From: Litorimonas sp.
GTDB lineage: Bacteria; Pseudomonadota; Alphaproteobacteria; Caulobacterales; Maricaulaceae
DNA: 64,000 nt
NCBI GenBank assembly: GCA_965205225.1
Contig: CBDBFZ010000001.1
Coordinates: 24,906 to 88,905, forward strand
Direction: 5' to 3'
Notes under the pieces: model-generated
The model's database searches: none
Told to the model about the DNA's origin: nothing
The model's input: only the letters and a program-made list of their open reading frames with translations
Made by a program: the position numbers and the translations under genes
Part shown: one piece after another, positions 38,904-46,588 of the stretch
Numbering within the stretch: position 1 is the first letter of the stretch
How the letters are laid out: each line of letters begins with the position of its first letter

Positions 38904-40025
38904 CTAAACCTGCTTCAAATTTTTATCTTGATCAAAGATCAGAAAATCAGCATCGAGCCCGGCCTCTATTTTCCCGATTTTCCTGTCGAGAGCCATAAAT
39001 TCTGCGGGGATTTGGGTCGCCATTCGTACAACTCTCGCAAAGTCCAATCCGAGCATCTCTATTGAATTCTCAACGGCCGAAAGCATGGTCAAATGAGCGC
39101 CGGCGAGTGTCCCGTCGCTCGTCACGCATTTTCCACCCCGCACGAAAACCGTCTCTCCGAAAAGCGAAAACTCGGTCAAATCGGCACCCACACTAGTCAT
39201 AGCATCAGATACAAGAAACATACCTTCAGCGTCGGCCTTGGCCCGGATCGCCATTCGCAACACAGCAGGATCGACATGGTGGCCGTCCACGATCAAACCG
39301 CAATATGTATTAGCGCACTCCAAAGCCGCAGTAATACAGCCTGGTGCCCGGCTTTCAATTTTGGGCATCGCATTAAACAGGTGCGTAAATCCTGTCAGAC
39401 CGGCATCAATTGCCACCAACGATTGCTCGTAATCCGCCATTGTGTGACCAGCAGAAACAGTCACACCGCGCGACACAAGCTCTGAAATCGAACTTGATTT
39501 TACGCGCTCGGGCGCAAGCGTGACGAGCGTGGAGCCATTCGGAAGCCCCGAAATCAAGTCGATAGATACCTGATTGGGCTCCTTAAACTTACTCGCATCA
39601 TGAACACCCTTCTTCTGCGGGTTCAGAAAGGATCCTTCAAAATGTATTCCTTTAACCTCCGCGACATCTTGCTCTATAGCGAGTTGGACAGCTTTTATTG
39701 CTGCTTCGACCTTTTTCAGATCGTCGCTGATAAGCATTGGAAGAAATGATGTTGTCCCACGCGCCAGATGTGCTGCAGAAATCGTCCGTAGCGTTTCAAC
39801 CGATGGATCCTTATTAAAAAGAACACCGCCTCCACCGTTAACTTGCACATCGAAGAAACCCGGAAGAACGATACTTCCTTCGAGGTCGATCTCGCTGTCA
39901 AATCGGTTATGTCGATCATCGTCAACTTCTAAAAATCGTCCGTCGCAGACTATAAAGTTGCTTTCATGCATAAGACCGGCCGGGAACAAGACGGACGCAT
40001 TTTTGAAACGCTTTATATTACTCAT
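38904..40025 (-). CDS. nagA: N-acetylglucosamine-6-phosphate deacetylase
   Basis: 373 aa. Contains ...LPGFFDVQVNGGGGVLFN...GTTSFLPMLIS...GIHFEGSFLNP...AGHTMA...FTHLFNAMP...LIVDGHHVD... Confidence 0.85.
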   Translation of the reverse strand: MSNIKRFKNASVLFPAGLMHESNFIVCDGRFLEVDDDRHNRFDSEIDLEGSIVLPGFFDVQVNGGGGVLFNKDPSVETLRTISAAHLARGTTSFLPMLISDDLKKVEAAIKAVQLAIEQDVAEVKGIHFEGSFLNPQKKGVHDASKFKEPNQVSIDLISGLPNGSTLVTLAPERVKSSSISELVSRGVTVSAGHTMADYEQSLVAIDAGLTGFTHLFNAMPKIESRAPGCITAALECANTYCGLIVDGHHVDPAVLRMAIRAKADAEGMFLVSDAMTSVGADLTEFSLFGETVFVRGGKCVTSDGTLAGAHLTMLSAVENSIEMLGLDFARVVRMATQIPAEFMALDRKIGKIEAGLDADFLIFDQDKNLKQV

Positions 40026-40425
40026 ACAGTTTCTGTAACTTTCTTCAGGTGACGCGGCTTGTCGGGATCCAGATCTCGCGCGAGCGCAATCTCATTTGCA
40101 GCAATGTAGAAAGACTGAATCTGAAGTATCGCACTTATATATGGCGATGCAACCCCAACGGACGCCAAGACATCGGCCCGCTTTGAAAAGCCACCCACAA
40201 GGAACATTTTTGCGTTTGCCTCTTCAAACTTTTCCAGCACGGATGCATAACCAACGCTTCGGCCGAGAACGAACAAGTTCTTGACCTCCCTCAGCTCACC
40301 GATCAAACTTGGCCACGCAAGATCAGCAAACTTATTCAAAAGCATCGGTAAATCTCGAAGATACTCTTCAAGCTCAGAACTTTCTTCCAGGCACGCTGCA
40401 ATTCTCAGAATGATCGAAAGAGATT
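40022..40425 (-). pseudogene. SIS-domain sugar-phosphate isomerase/deaminase (AgaS/GlmS-like), 5'-truncated; only the C-terminal ~135 codons remain
   Basis: ...[61 protein letters not shown]...ISAILQIQSFYIAANEIALARDLDPDKPRHLKKVTETV. It overlaps the nagA start by 4 nt. The reading frame dissolves at the junction with the hsdR fragment. Confidence 0.55.
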
Positions 40426-41463
40426 GATCTGCTGATCGTTGTTGGCATGTTCCTGACCGGATTTGATGCGCCTACGCTCAACACTCTCTTTGTCGATAAG
40501 AACTTGCGGTTTCACGGCTTGATGCAAGCCTTCTCCCGCACGAACCGTATTTATGATGCCACCAAGTCTTTTGGCAATATCGTGACCTTTCGCGATCTTG
40601 AGGCAGCGACTGTGGACGCCATTAGGCTATTCGGTGATGCAAATACAAAGAACGTGATCCTGGAGAAAGCTATTCTAAATATATGGGCAGCTTCACAGAT
40701 CAAACCACGGGTGAGGCGCGTCGTGGTTTCCGCGCAATTATTGAAGAGCTTGAGGCGCAGTTCCCTGATCCGACAGCCATTGAAAAGGAAGCTGACAAAA
40801 AGGACTTCGCCAAACTATTTGGTGAATATTTACGTGTCGAGAATATTCGACAAAACTATGATGAATTTGCCAGCCTAAAAGCCTTGCAGGGCATAGATAA
40901 GAGTGATGAAGACGGGTTAGAGTCATTCAAGCAAGAGCATTATTTGAGCGATGATGACTTAGCGAGCTTGCAATCTATCAAGATGCCTGCTGAGAAAAAA
41001 TACAGGATTATCGATCCACATATAACGACATATGCGATTGGCGGTTGCGTGAAAAAGCGGCTGACGATCAAGAACAGTTCACGATTGACTGGGATGATGT
41101 CATCTTTGAGGTCGATTTGCTTAAATCCCAAGAGATCAATCTGGATTATATCCTGGAGCTAATCTTCGATAAACTCGGTGACAAGGCCGGTGTGATTGAA
41201 GCCTTCTTTTCCTTTGCGCAAGCAGAACAGCGCCGTGAGGCAGAAGAGCTTATTGATAGTGAAAACCTAAATACAGAAGCGGCCAAACATTATATAGCTG
41301 TGTCGATCAAACGTGAGTTTGCCAGCGAGAATGGAACTGATTTAAATTCAATTTTGCCGAAAATGAGCCTCCTAAATCCTCAATATCTGCCCATGAAGCA
41401 GAATGTTTTTCAAAAAAATCTTTGTTCGTCGACAAGTTCAAAGGTATTGGCGAGAAACTCTAA
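40414..41463 (+). pseudogene. hsdR: Type I restriction enzyme R subunit (HsdR), C-terminal fragment with several frameshifts
   Basis: [47 protein letters not shown]... is the helicase motif VI region. HsdR C-terminal-domain sequence follows, spread over three frames (40447.., 40683.., 41045..). The canonical-looking end ...[12 protein letters not shown] is at 41461-63. Confidence 0.72.
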
Positions 41464-41646
41464 TTGTTGCGCGTGGATCCATCTTTGAAAATTGATGACT
41501 AACGGTCTTTTCAGAGACTAATGGACGATATGAGCGATTAGCACTATGGCGAAAATTGCATTTCCGTCCCTGCTACCCAAAATTCACCTAAATTATTGCC
41601 CACTTTTACGCCTTACGCCTCAAGTATAGCGCACTAAAATGGGTCT

Positions 41647-41949
41647 ATGGATCATTATGCTACATCAGAGGTGACAGAAGAGCGCCTGGAGTGGACTTTG
41701 CAAACCATGGCCGCTGTTGTGATCGACCATTACGGCGATGCCTACTGGCCCGTCTTTGAAGCGCTCAAGCGCGTGCTGGATGAGAAACGAGCGCGCCGCT
41801 GTGAACGCCAAATACCGGCCTCAGAGCGATGCAGGACCGTCACAGGCTCCTACCAACGTACGAGATATCAGAACTTCATCCAGAGCCTTACGCTAACATA
41901 TGCGCGGCTGGCGCAATCATGCCTTCCTGGTAGGGGCGCACAAATTTGA
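41647..41949 (+). CDS. Hypothetical protein (only the first ~55 aa look protein-like)
   Basis: MDHYATSEVTEERLEWTLQTMAAVVIDHYGDAYWPVFEALKRVLDEKRARR.... No recognised family. The 3' part overlaps a minus-strand ORF. Confidence 0.25.
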   Translation: MDHYATSEVTEERLEWTLQTMAAVVIDHYGDAYWPVFEALKRVLDEKRARRCERQIPASERCRTVTGSYQRTRYQNFIQSLTLTYARLAQSCLPGRGAQI

Positions 41950-42418
41950 GCAGAAGATCACGGCGATATTCGAGCGATCTTTTTTTGCCATAGTCAGGCT
42001 GGTTGGTCTTATGCCTCATCAGATAGCAGCGTATGCCATAATCTACCCCAACTTCCAGCATCCGGTCTTCAAAGGCGATCTTGTCCAGATAGAGCTTGAA
42101 CGCCTTGCTAACCGTCATTTTGCGACGTTTTGGCTTTTTCACTCCGCCCAGTATCGCTTCTGTTTCGGCAGGAGACGGTTTACCCTTTTATCCCGGCCTT
42201 TTTCAATCAGTTCAACGCGCTCCAAGAGGCGATAAATCTTCTCCACAGTGACCACATCGCGGGCCAAGATCGAGTTCGTTAAGCTTATAGGCAAAGCCAT
42301 AGGCCAGTGCGTAAGTCTGAGCGGCCTTATAGCGGTGATCTTCTGCCCGCATGGTGGCATCGCTGATATTGTCATTCTCAGCCGCTTCGACAGCCAGAGC
42401 CGTCCGGTTAAAAATCAA
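41888..42418 (-). pseudogene. Hypothetical gene spread over three frames (frameshifted)
   Basis: Three consecutive minus-strand ORFs (42212..42418, 42139..42375, 41888..42142) carry protein-like sequence: ...AAQTYALAYGFAYKLNELDL / ARDVVTVEKIYRLLERVELIEKGRDK... / MTVSKAFKLYLDKIAFEDRMLEVGVDYG.... No recognised family. Confidence 0.25.
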
Positions 42419-42556
42419 CCTTTTTTAAGAACTTATTCAATTTTTGAAGAGAGAAATGGCGCGAGTGACGGTCCAGAATCCTAATAAAATCAATTGTCCA
42501 TTCCGATTCAAATCGCCATATATTAGCCCTCTGAGGATGCTGAGTCGGAATTCATT

Positions 42557-42991
42557 ATGGTCAATTTAGTCACAAAAATTTCGGTTTTCGGCGCATTGCT
42601 GAGCATAGCCTTTTGGGCCGCGGCCTCACCCGGCGATCATCGCCCCCATCCCCATGTTATTGACCCGGACACGGTGGATTTGGGGCTGGATGCCAATGTC
42701 CGCATCCTTGGTGTGGACGGCCCTGAGACAGGCCGCCGGGCGTCCTGCGAAGCCGAACGGGTGCTGAGCGCGCGGGGGACGGCCTATGCACGTGACTGGC
42801 TGTCCAAAGCGCGCTCGGTCGAGCTGATCGCGGCCGACCCACCGCGGCGCGATCGATATGGGCGGATTTTGGGGCATATCCGTGTCGACGGGCTGGACTA
42901 TGCCGAAGTGATGATCGCGGCCGGCTATTTGCGGCGATGGGATTATGATCGGTGCGGCACTGCGTGCCGACCGGAATGGTGCCAGGGATGA
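42557..42991 (+). CDS. Thermonuclease (staphylococcal nuclease, SNase-like) family protein with N-terminal signal/TM segment
   Basis: MVNLVTKISVFGALLSIAFWAAASP is followed by ...VIDPDTVDL...VRILGVDGPETG...RDRYGRILGHIRVDGLDYAEVMIAAGY..., the SNase motif pattern. Confidence 0.75.
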   Translation: MVNLVTKISVFGALLSIAFWAAASPGDHRPHPHVIDPDTVDLGLDANVRILGVDGPETGRRASCEAERVLSARGTAYARDWLSKARSVELIAADPPRRDRYGRILGHIRVDGLDYAEVMIAAGYLRRWDYDRCGTACRPEWCQG

Positions 42992-43013
42992 AAGTGTTTT
43001 TTCTGCCAGCGCC

Positions 43014-43124
43014 GCTTTAATTTTACAGATTAGTGTTGACAATACACTAAATGTGCATTATATATCTGACATATCCGGTTAGATTGGCTAACTGGAAGTG
43101 GCAAGAAAGGCCAAAATAATGACC
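43014..43124 (+). promoter_or_regulatory. Promoter/operator/leader cassette, copy 1
   Basis: TTGACA (43036-43041), 17 nt, TATATA (43059-43064). A degenerate palindrome TTAGTGT-N7-ACACTAA spans the -35. A GAAAGG Shine-Dalgarno-like element precedes ATGACC. The last ~90 bp are identical to 43596-43706 except for one base. Confidence 0.6.
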
Positions 43125-43592
43125 TCCATAAACCAATCTATCGAGTGCCCCGAATGGATCGACGAGATCAGCCCTATGCACCAGGCAGCGGGCGAGGGCG
43201 ACGCAATTAAAATTATTGAATTGCTCTCTAAAGGCACAAGCCCAAACGTCATCAATGATCGAGGATACACGGCTTTGGATTATGAGCCTAATGACGATAT
43301 TAGGGCTCTACTAATTGCAGCAGGCGGGGCCACTGGGTCTCACCTGATTGAGTCCGGGATTGACTATTGCTCCGATCGCGACATAAGCATCAACTGCTTA
43401 GAGGACTTTGACGTAGAGCGCGCAACCCACATTGTCGATGAGCTTGAGGCGATCGTCAAAGAGGGACAGACTTCTTACCTTGATTATGACCGGATTGAGC
43501 GATTTGTTCACTTTCTAGTTTTTTACTACGAAGCCGAAGAAGCGCACAAAGTTAAGGCTTCCGGCGGTGTGTGGGTGGGAGACCTGGTCTGA
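43119..43592 (+). CDS. Ankyrin-repeat protein (prophage accessory gene)
   Basis: 157 aa. ...SPMHQAAGEGDAIKIIELLSKGTSPNVINDRGYTALDY... fits the ANK consensus (one clear repeat plus a partial second). ATG 43119 is preferred over the track GTG 43098 because both cassette copies share this ATGACC. Confidence 0.6.
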   Translation: MTSINQSIECPEWIDEISPMHQAAGEGDAIKIIELLSKGTSPNVINDRGYTALDYEPNDDIRALLIAAGGATGSHLIESGIDYCSDRDISINCLEDFDVERATHIVDELEAIVKEGQTSYLDYDRIERFVHFLVFYYEAEEAHKVKASGGVWVGDLV

Positions 43593-43595
43593 TCC

Positions 43596-43706
43596 GCTTA
43601 ATTATGCACATTTAGTGTTGGCAATACACTAAATGTGCATTATATATCTGACATATCCGGTTAGATTGGCTAACTGGAAGTGGCAAGAAAGGCCAAAATA
43701 ATGACC
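43596..43706 (+). promoter_or_regulatory. Promoter/operator/leader cassette, copy 2 (with perfect palindromic operator)
   Basis: TTGGCA (43618-43623), 17 nt, TATATA (43641-43646). A perfect 15-bp inverted repeat ATGCACATTTAGTGT (43604-43618) / ACACTAAATGTGCAT (43626-43640) overlaps the -35. Confidence 0.6.
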
Positions 43707-43982
43707 CCCACAAAAACATTTAGAATTGACCACGTTCGCGAATTTTTCACACGGGCGCGGAGATCTGAAGAGGCGCTTGAGGCGTTCAAGACCTATTATT
43801 CTAATTATATTAGAGACCTTCCACGGCTGGGTGACTCTTACTATCCCGTTTTGGATGCTATCCAAAATTTTAGGCACGAGGTTTTTCCAAATCTCAATGC
43901 GGTTGAGGTTGACGCGATTCCGGCAGACGCCGTGAAAGTTCCGGACGGGTTTTGGCAGGGTCGACTAGTTGAGGCGGCCTGA
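43701..43982 (+). CDS. Hypothetical prophage protein (93 aa)
   Basis: MTPTKTFRIDHVREFFTRARRSEEALEAFKTYYSNYIRDLPRLGDSYYPVLDAIQNF.... It is driven by cassette copy 2. Its stop overlaps the next start (TGATG). Confidence 0.45.
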   Translation: MTPTKTFRIDHVREFFTRARRSEEALEAFKTYYSNYIRDLPRLGDSYYPVLDAIQNFRHEVFPNLNAVEVDAIPADAVKVPDGFWQGRLVEAA

Positions 43983-44329
43983 TGCCGATTGTTCAGCAAT
44001 CCAGCTTTAAAGCATCACTCTCACTCTGCGGTCTATCGCAGAGTGAGGCTGCTGTTTTTTTCGACGTGCGGCTAGATACGATCAAAAGCTGGTGCCGGAA
44101 TAGGGCGAGGCCGCCGCTCGGTGTCTGGCAGATGCTGGCGACACGCATGCGGGCGATACTGGACGCAGCTGATTATGGCGCTGATTATCTTGAGCTGGAA
44201 GGCATTGACCCGCGCGCCTGGTCCAATTTGTCCGTATCCCTCGGACCGGAGGATGATTTGGATATGGGCGGGGAGGCCATGGCCGGCGCGCTCGCTCTAC
44301 TCATGGCCGTCGATGATTTGGGACGTTAG
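43982..44329 (+). CDS. Hypothetical prophage protein with an N-terminal HTH-like segment
   Basis: 115 aa. ...LCGLSQSEAAVFFDVRLDTIKSWCRNRARPP... resembles a short Cro/YdaS-type HTH. It is translationally coupled to the preceding ORF. Confidence 0.4.
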   Translation: MPIVQQSSFKASLSLCGLSQSEAAVFFDVRLDTIKSWCRNRARPPLGVWQMLATRMRAILDAADYGADYLELEGIDPRAWSNLSVSLGPEDDLDMGGEAMAGALALLMAVDDLGR

Positions 44330-44608
44330 CCGCGCGCAAGCCCTAATCCTGTTTTTTCGCTTGCCCCCCTTAGCGGGCGATTTGGGGGGGCTATTGCGGG
44401 CCTTGAGCCGCCGAATCGGCGCTGATCGCGCCCATCCGCGGCCTTTTGGCCGTCTTGATCGAGGGGATGGGGCCATTTAACCCCCCTTATTTTAGCTAAA
44501 ATCGCCCCTTTCCTCTGCCCCGCCCCCCTTAATGATGGCGTGAGGAGGAGGGCGCACCGGGGCGACATAGCCCGAATTTATCGTTTATCGTAATCATACA
44601 GGGTGATC

Positions 44609-44944
44609 AGTGTCGTCATCCCCCGCCCTAGTGTCGTCCCTATTTGCCGCGCGCTCCCGTCCAAAAGGCTGAAATTATTGAATGATTCTGTGTCAAGTGT
44701 CGCGGTGTCGTGTTTCCGTCGGATATTGGGCCAGATTTCTGAAGCCGTTTTCAATGAGATTGACTGGGCGGCGAGCGGTCAGGGTGAAGATTTGTCAGAT
44801 AGTTTTCTCGGATTGGCGACACCGCGACACTTGACATGTTGTTTTTATGTATCCTTCTTTGAAAAAAACTCTATAAAACAAAGATTTAGCGGCAGTGTCG
44901 TCCTCGGCGAAAAAAGTGTCGCGACTCTCTCAAACAGTGTCGTG
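44609..44944. repeat. Iteron array: nine copies of (A/G)GTGTCG(Y), including a perfect 15-bp inverted pair
   Basis: AGTGTCGTC at 44609, 44630 and 44894. AGTGTCGCGGTGTCG at 44696-44710, and its exact reverse complement CGACACCGCGACACT at 44817-44831. AGTGTCGCG at 44915. AGTGTCGTG at 44936. Confidence 0.8.
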
Positions 44945-45078
44945 ACCTTTGGGCGGGCGGGGTTGAGCTATTTGCCATGGGCGGGGCTGGGCGGTCTGGC
45001 CCAGCAGGATCAGCGGGCCTATGTTGCCCAGCGCATTGATGCGGCGATTGAGCAGGCGCGAAGTCATCGGCAGCGGCG

Positions 45079-45714
45079 GTGCGCGGCATGATGACGGCGA
45101 TACAGCTGGCGCGTATAGGGGAGGCGGTCTTTGTGGCTGCTTATTGGCATGGTTGTGAAGATCGGCCTCACCCTAGCGAGACGATGACGATGTTCAAAAA
45201 GCGCCGGCGCAAATATAAGTTGGCGCAGGCCGAGGCGGCTCGGGTGGATCCCGCTACGCCGATTGATCGCCGCGCGTTGCAGGGCCGGATGCGGGCAGGC
45301 GGTCCGTCGGGCTGTCGGCGCGGAGCGGATTTGCCAGCAGTTTTGATGACCTGGTTTAATCGCGGCCTGGCGAGCGCCGTCATGGTCCGCGCGGCGGAAC
45401 GGTTTATCTCTGATTATCATGCGGGGTTCAGCCGGACAGTGCGCGGCGTGCGGTATGCGGAGCGGGTCGATGGCGGCGGCGGGTCTGGTGACGGTGAGAT
45501 CCCCGGACTGGATGCGCGTGAGCGGCACGCTGCGGCGATGGCGGCGATGGGATTGTCGACTGCCCCTGCGGTGAAGGCGTGGTTAGTTGACGGCGTAAGT
45601 GCTGGCACTGCTGTTTCTGTATCAAGCGGGTGGAAGAAAGATAGTTCGGCTCGCGCGGCGGCAGGCGGCGCGCTTCTGGTCGGCTTGGATAGTCTTGTGA
45701 AATTTTACGGTTGA
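45079..45714 (+). CDS. Hypothetical prophage protein (pattern reminiscent of DUF6456-type proteins found near terminase genes)
   Basis: 211 aa. ...AAERFISDYHAGF...GLDARERHAAAMAAMGL...SSGWKKDSSARAAAGGALLVGLDSLVKFYG. The family call is from memory and weak. Confidence 0.4.
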   Translation: MRGMMTAIQLARIGEAVFVAAYWHGCEDRPHPSETMTMFKKRRRKYKLAQAEAARVDPATPIDRRALQGRMRAGGPSGCRRGADLPAVLMTWFNRGLASAVMVRAAERFISDYHAGFSRTVRGVRYAERVDGGGGSGDGEIPGLDARERHAAAMAAMGLSTAPAVKAWLVDGVSAGTAVSVSSGWKKDSSARAAAGGALLVGLDSLVKFYG

Positions 45715-45910
45715 CCCCGGGCCCCGGGCCGAGTAGAAATCAGATATTCTCCCAAGAACCATCGAAAATTATACGCTCGGGTCCTTCCTCGGACCCGAGA
45801 TGTAAATGGTGGGCCTTAGGCATTTATAAAATCCGTCTCTGGATTTTCTGAAAAGGGTTGCGTTTTCTCCTTCGGTTTGCGTTTCCCGCCCGCGGTTTTG
45901 GCCGCATAAA

Positions 45911-46588
45911 ATGACGAAAGAAAAAATCAGCATAACCGCCTGTGCCAAGAGGCTGAGTGTGTCCGAACGCGCGCCTGTCTCTCGCCAAGCCTTGACCAAA
46001 TATATCGACAGGCACGACCTCCCGACCTACAAAAAGGGCAAGCGCCGCGTCGTCCTGCTGGACGAAATCGCCGCCGCCCGCCAATCCTTCACCCGCGAAG
46101 TGCAGCGCGGGCTCCACAGCGAAACTCACGAGATCGACACACCCGAAGCGCCGCAAAAATTCGCCAGCCTCGACACAGCTCGCGACGCGAAAGCCCGCAA
46201 GGAAAACGCTCAGGCCGAGCGCGAAGAGCTGGCACTCGCCAAAGCCAAAGGCGAGCTGGTCGACCTCGCCCAGGCCGAAGCCGCCGCGTCCGAAACGTTC
46301 ACGGTTTTGAAAGATCATCTGATCGGTGCGACCTTGTCCGACACGGCCGACCGCGTCATATCCGTGCTCGGCCTGGGCGATGCATCCAAGCGCCCGGTGC
46401 AGGCCGCCATCCGCGAAACCCTCGACACCGCCCTAATCGCCGTCGCCGACACGCTGACCGAACTACTCGCCGATATGGCCGACGAAGCCCCAACTGATAC
46501 GCGCCAGCGCTTTGACTATCTTACCGCCGCCGCTGCAGCCCTGCGCGCAGATCCTGCGCAGATCGCCGGCCTGATGGACGCTGCCTGA
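45911..46588 (+). CDS. Terminase small subunit (Nu1-like, N-terminal HTH)
   Basis: 225 aa. MTKEKISITACAKRLSVSERAPVSRQALTKYIDRHDLPTYKKGKRRVVLLDEI... is followed by a coiled-coil. Its stop overlaps the large terminase start (TGATG). Confidence 0.55.
   Translation: MTKEKISITACAKRLSVSERAPVSRQALTKYIDRHDLPTYKKGKRRVVLLDEIAAARQSFTREVQRGLHSETHEIDTPEAPQKFASLDTARDAKARKENAQAEREELALAKAKGELVDLAQAEAAASETFTVLKDHLIGATLSDTADRVISVLGLGDASKRPVQAAIRETLDTALIAVADTLTELLADMADEAPTDTRQRFDYLTAAAAALRADPAQIAGLMDAA

Noticed and set aside
44603-45091. 162-aa plus-strand ORF spanning the iteron field
   Set aside because: Its repeated SVV/SVA peptides are simply AGTGTCG iterons read as codons. It starts at GTG with no ribosome-binding site, and its composition is atypical. 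I treat the region as a non-coding repeat array, although the last ~40 codons could belong to a small unannotated gene.
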